Shown piece after piece: positions 59,185 through 62,000 of a stretch of DNA of 62,000 bases. The translations under genes and the position numbers were made by a program. Position 1 is the stretch's first letter. Every line of letters starts with the position of its first letter. The notes beneath the pieces were generated by a model. The model did not search any database and was not told the origin of the DNA. It was given only the letters and a program-made list of their open reading frames with translations. Source of the stretch: Lama guanicoe (lineage: Eukaryota); NCBI GenBank assembly GCA_013239625.1, contig MU054338.1:124001-186000 (forward strand), in the 5' to 3' direction.

Positions 59185-60650
59185 TTTTAAATTGAGACGA
59201 TTCACTTACCGGACAACCTCCCACTGAAAGCATAAATTCAGTGGGTGTTGGGACATGCACAGAGCTGGGCATTCATCAGTACGATCAGTTTCAGAATGTT
59301 CTCATCACCCTGAAAAGAAGCCTGGCCCCATCAGCAGGCACCCCCCCACCACCCCCAGCCCCTGACGACCAGGAGCCCCCTCCCTGGGTCTGGGGACTGG
59401 CCTGTTCTGGACGCCTCACATCCGTGGACTCACACGCTGTGTGTCCTTCTGTGTCTGCTTCTCTCCCTGAGCACCGTGCTCTCAGGGCCCATCCACGTGG
59501 TGGCAGGTGGCAGGGCTTCTCTCCTTTCCAAGGCTGAGTAATACTTCGGCGTGTGGACAGACACATTTTCTTTATTCTTTCAGTCATTGATGAGCATTTG
59601 GGCTGTGTCCACTTTTGAGTGTGGTGACTTGTGCTGCTGTGAACATTCCGGTGTAAGTGTCTGCGTGGATGTGAGTTCTCAGTTTTCAGACCTAGGACTG
59701 GCACTGATGAGTCAGGTAGTTGCGCCGTTTCACCTTTGCAGGAGTGGCTGCACCATTCCCCATCCTCAACAGCCCTGCACCGGGGTTTCACTTTCTCCAA
59801 CTTGGGATTTTCTGCCCTTCTGATGACAGCCACCGTGGTGGGTGTGAAGTGGTGTCTTACCATGGTTTCCGCTTGCACTCCCCTCAGTGCTTATTGTTAA
59901 CTTGAATGTCTTCTGGAGGCAGGTGTATTCAGATCCTTTGCCCATTTTTCAGTTGGGTTCTATGTCCTCTTTAAAAATTGGGTTGTCAGACTGAAAAATT
60001 GTGCTCTACACTGGAATCTGACACAACATTGTAAAATGATTATAAATCAATAAAAAATGTTAAAAAAATTGGGTTGTCAGAATATGAAAACGAATATATG
60101 TAAATTCAGGTATGACTGAAGCATTGTGCTATACACCAGAAATGGACACAACATTGTAAATTGACTATACTTCAATTTAAAAAGAAAGTTTAAAAAAAAA
60201 GTTAAAAAAAAATTGGGTTGTGACGGAAGAAAGTTTAAAAGTTAAAAAAAAATTGGGTTGTGACGGGGGAGGGATAGGTTAGCGGTAGAGTGCGCGCTTG
60301 GCATGCACAAGGTCCTGGGTTCAATCCCCAGTACTGCCATTATAAATAATTAAAAACCTAATTACCTCCCCCTACCTGATGAAAAAGAAAACTGTGTTGT
60401 TTGTTCCTTATATATTCTAGATACAAGTCCCTTGTCAGATATGTGATTTCCCAGTATTTTCTCCTATTCTGTGCAGTTTTTTTTTCACTTTCTTCTTGGT
60501 GTCCTTTGAAGCGCAAAAGTTTTTAATTCTGATGAAGTCCAGTTTATGTCTTTGTTTTTGTTGCTTGCGCTTTTGGTGACACATGTGAGAAACCACTGCC
60601 TAATCCAGGGTCAAGAAGATAACGTACCCTGGTTTTGTTTGAAATTCTTT
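59185..60650 (-). mobile_element. L1MB-like fragment, copy D, interrupted at ~59973-60400 by younger insertions
   Basis: Shared core at ~59350-59540; L1 antisense sequence (TTCAGATCCTTTGCCCATTTTT) resumes after the insertions (TATATTCTAGATACAAGTCCCTTGTCAGATATGTG). Confidence 0.75.
60265..60390 (+). mobile_element. vic-1-like SINE
   Basis: GGGGAGGGATAGGTTAGCGGTAGAGTGCGCGCTTGGCATGCACAAGGTCCTGGGTTCAATCCCCAGTAC...CCTAATTACCTCCCC. Confidence 0.85.
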
Positions 60651-60689
60651 TGTCATTTAAAAAAAAGTATTTGTGTGAAAACACAGGGA

Positions 60690-60890
60690 CCTCAGGGTGC
60701 GTTTTCCAGCCAAATGCAGGCCGGCCAGTTACATTCGATTTCCATTCAGATAAATGGTGAATACGTTCCTTGCACAACCGTGTCAAACCCCGCACGGGAC
60801 ATTTACACCAAGAACTTACTCATTCTCTACCTGAAAGTCTAACCTAACTGCCATCCAGGTATTTTTATTCGCTACATCTGGCAGCCTCGC
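60690..60890. mobile_element. MER53-like DNA transposon remnant; similar at ~58370-58535
   Basis: CCAGTTACATTCGATTTCCATTCAGATAAATGGTGAATA...GTATTTTTATTCGCTACATCTGGCAGCCT. Confidence 0.5.
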
Positions 60891-61059
60891 CCCAGGGGAC
60901 ACATCCCACCTGTTCACAGGGATCCCCAGGGCCTCTCTCGATGCTTTAAAAAATTTTTTTGTACTGTGGTAAAGTACACAGAAATTGAGCATTTTAACCA
61001 CTTTGAGCGTTCAGTTCTGATCTCACTTCCAACTTCGTGGAAGAAGGAAGAGAGGAGCG

Positions 61060-61700
61060 AGGCTCCCCGCCCGGCCTCGCAGGCCCCGCCCCCGTTTTCC
61101 AGCAACGTGGCCACGCCCCTGGGCCGAGGGCGCGGCCCGCCCCAGTGATCACGTGGCCCCTACCGATCGGCTTCCGTAGCGCGAGCCCGCCCGGGTCCGT
61201 GCCTGCGTTCGTGCTTCCGTGCGCGTGCGCAGGCGGTGGCCGTCGCGCCGTATGTGAGCCCCGCCCCGCGACGCCGCCTGCGTGCGCGCGCCCGCCGCCT
61301 GATTCTTATATCGCCGCGGGCGGCGATTGCGCGGGGAGAGCGAGACGGTGGGACGGTGGGACATGGCGGCCGTGCGGCTCATGGTGCTGGGGCTCGCGCT
61401 GCTGGGCGCCCAGGGCGGCTCCGGGGAAGGTGAGGGCCCCGCGGCGTGGCCCGCTGGCGGTGGGGGCGAGGAGCCCTCTAGTGGTCCGGCCTGGCTAGGG
61501 GCGGCCCTCGTCCGCTCCACAGGAGACCCTGGCCGTGTGGGTAGGGAGGGAGACCCCGGCCCCGGGGGTGGAGGGGGAGACCCCGGCTGAACGAGGGAGA
61601 CTGGCCCGGGGGTCCGGGTGGGAGGCCCCGGGGCGGAAGGGAGACCGCCGGCCTGGAGCCGACCTGGTCGAGGCAGCTTAGGAGGCAACTTTCTGCTCGG
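61060..61700. promoter_or_regulatory. BSG: BSG CpG-island promoter
   Basis: CpG dense, GC boxes (CCCCGCCCC), E-box CACGTG 61150-61155, TATA-like CTTATA ~61305. Confidence 0.75.
61363..61429 (+). CDS. BSG: BSG (basigin/CD147) first coding exon, signal peptide; gene continues beyond the window
   Basis: GACATGG start; MAAVRLMVLGLALLGAQGGSGE resembles recalled human MAAALFVLLGFALLGTHGASGA; donor AAG|GTGAGG, phase 1; expected synteny after GZMM. Confidence 0.85.
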
Positions 61701-62000
61701 TGTGCTGGGGCGGGGGGCGCAGGGGAACCCCAGGGCGCCTGGGCCCTGGCTGACATCCAGGAGGTGGGCTCTTGTCCCCAAGGGGACGCTGTCACCCAGG
61801 CATGTGACGGCTCCTGAGGCGGGCCGGAGGGATTGTCATTCTTCCCAGGATTTAGGTCCCGTGTCTTGCTCTGGCTATGCACCTGCCCTTGGGGGTCGCC
61901 CGAACGCTGAATTCCTTGTAGGAGGGCAAACGCTTCCTTTCCCTTTTGTCTGGTTTAAGGGTCTAGCAGTAGATGGCGGCTGGTCCACCCGCCTCCTTGT

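Noticed and set aside
59973..60263. Repeat-spacer pattern superficially like a CRISPR array
   Set aside because: Eukaryotic context, no cas genes, irregular spacers that are retroposon ends; better explained as target-site duplications.
60265..60340. tRNA-like sequence as a tRNA gene (also the other SINE heads)
   Set aside because: Degenerate, followed by SINE body and A tail, and multi-copy: a SINE, not a functional tRNA.

Overview
Mammalian, very GC-rich genomic DNA with three assembly gaps (3429-3705, 37074-37175, 51382-51433). Gene order matches human 19p13.3: ODF3L2/CIMAP1D (-, 4 coding exons, 278 aa), MADCAM1 (+, 5 exons, 426 aa), TPGS1 (+, 2 exons, 290 aa), CDC34 (+, 5 exons, 237 aa), GZMM (+, 5 exons, 255 aa) and the first coding exon of BSG (+). 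SHC2 would be expected just left of the window. All exons were assembled by hand from GT-AG boundaries with consistent phases. At least eight copies of a tRNA-derived SINE resembling camelid vic-1 suggest a camelid. Gene identities and repeat family names come from recalled sequences, not database searches. I found no evidence of a wholly new biological system. The best leads are: a frameshifted FAM32A retrocopy hidden from the ORF track, a candidate stop-containing cassette exon and a duplicated splice acceptor in CDC34, four apparently homogenised L1-derived cores, repeated retroposon insertion at one target site, an orphan ZNF143-type CpG island, a mouse-like third Ig domain in MADCAM1, and a Pro226-to-Ser change in the GZMM S1 pocket.
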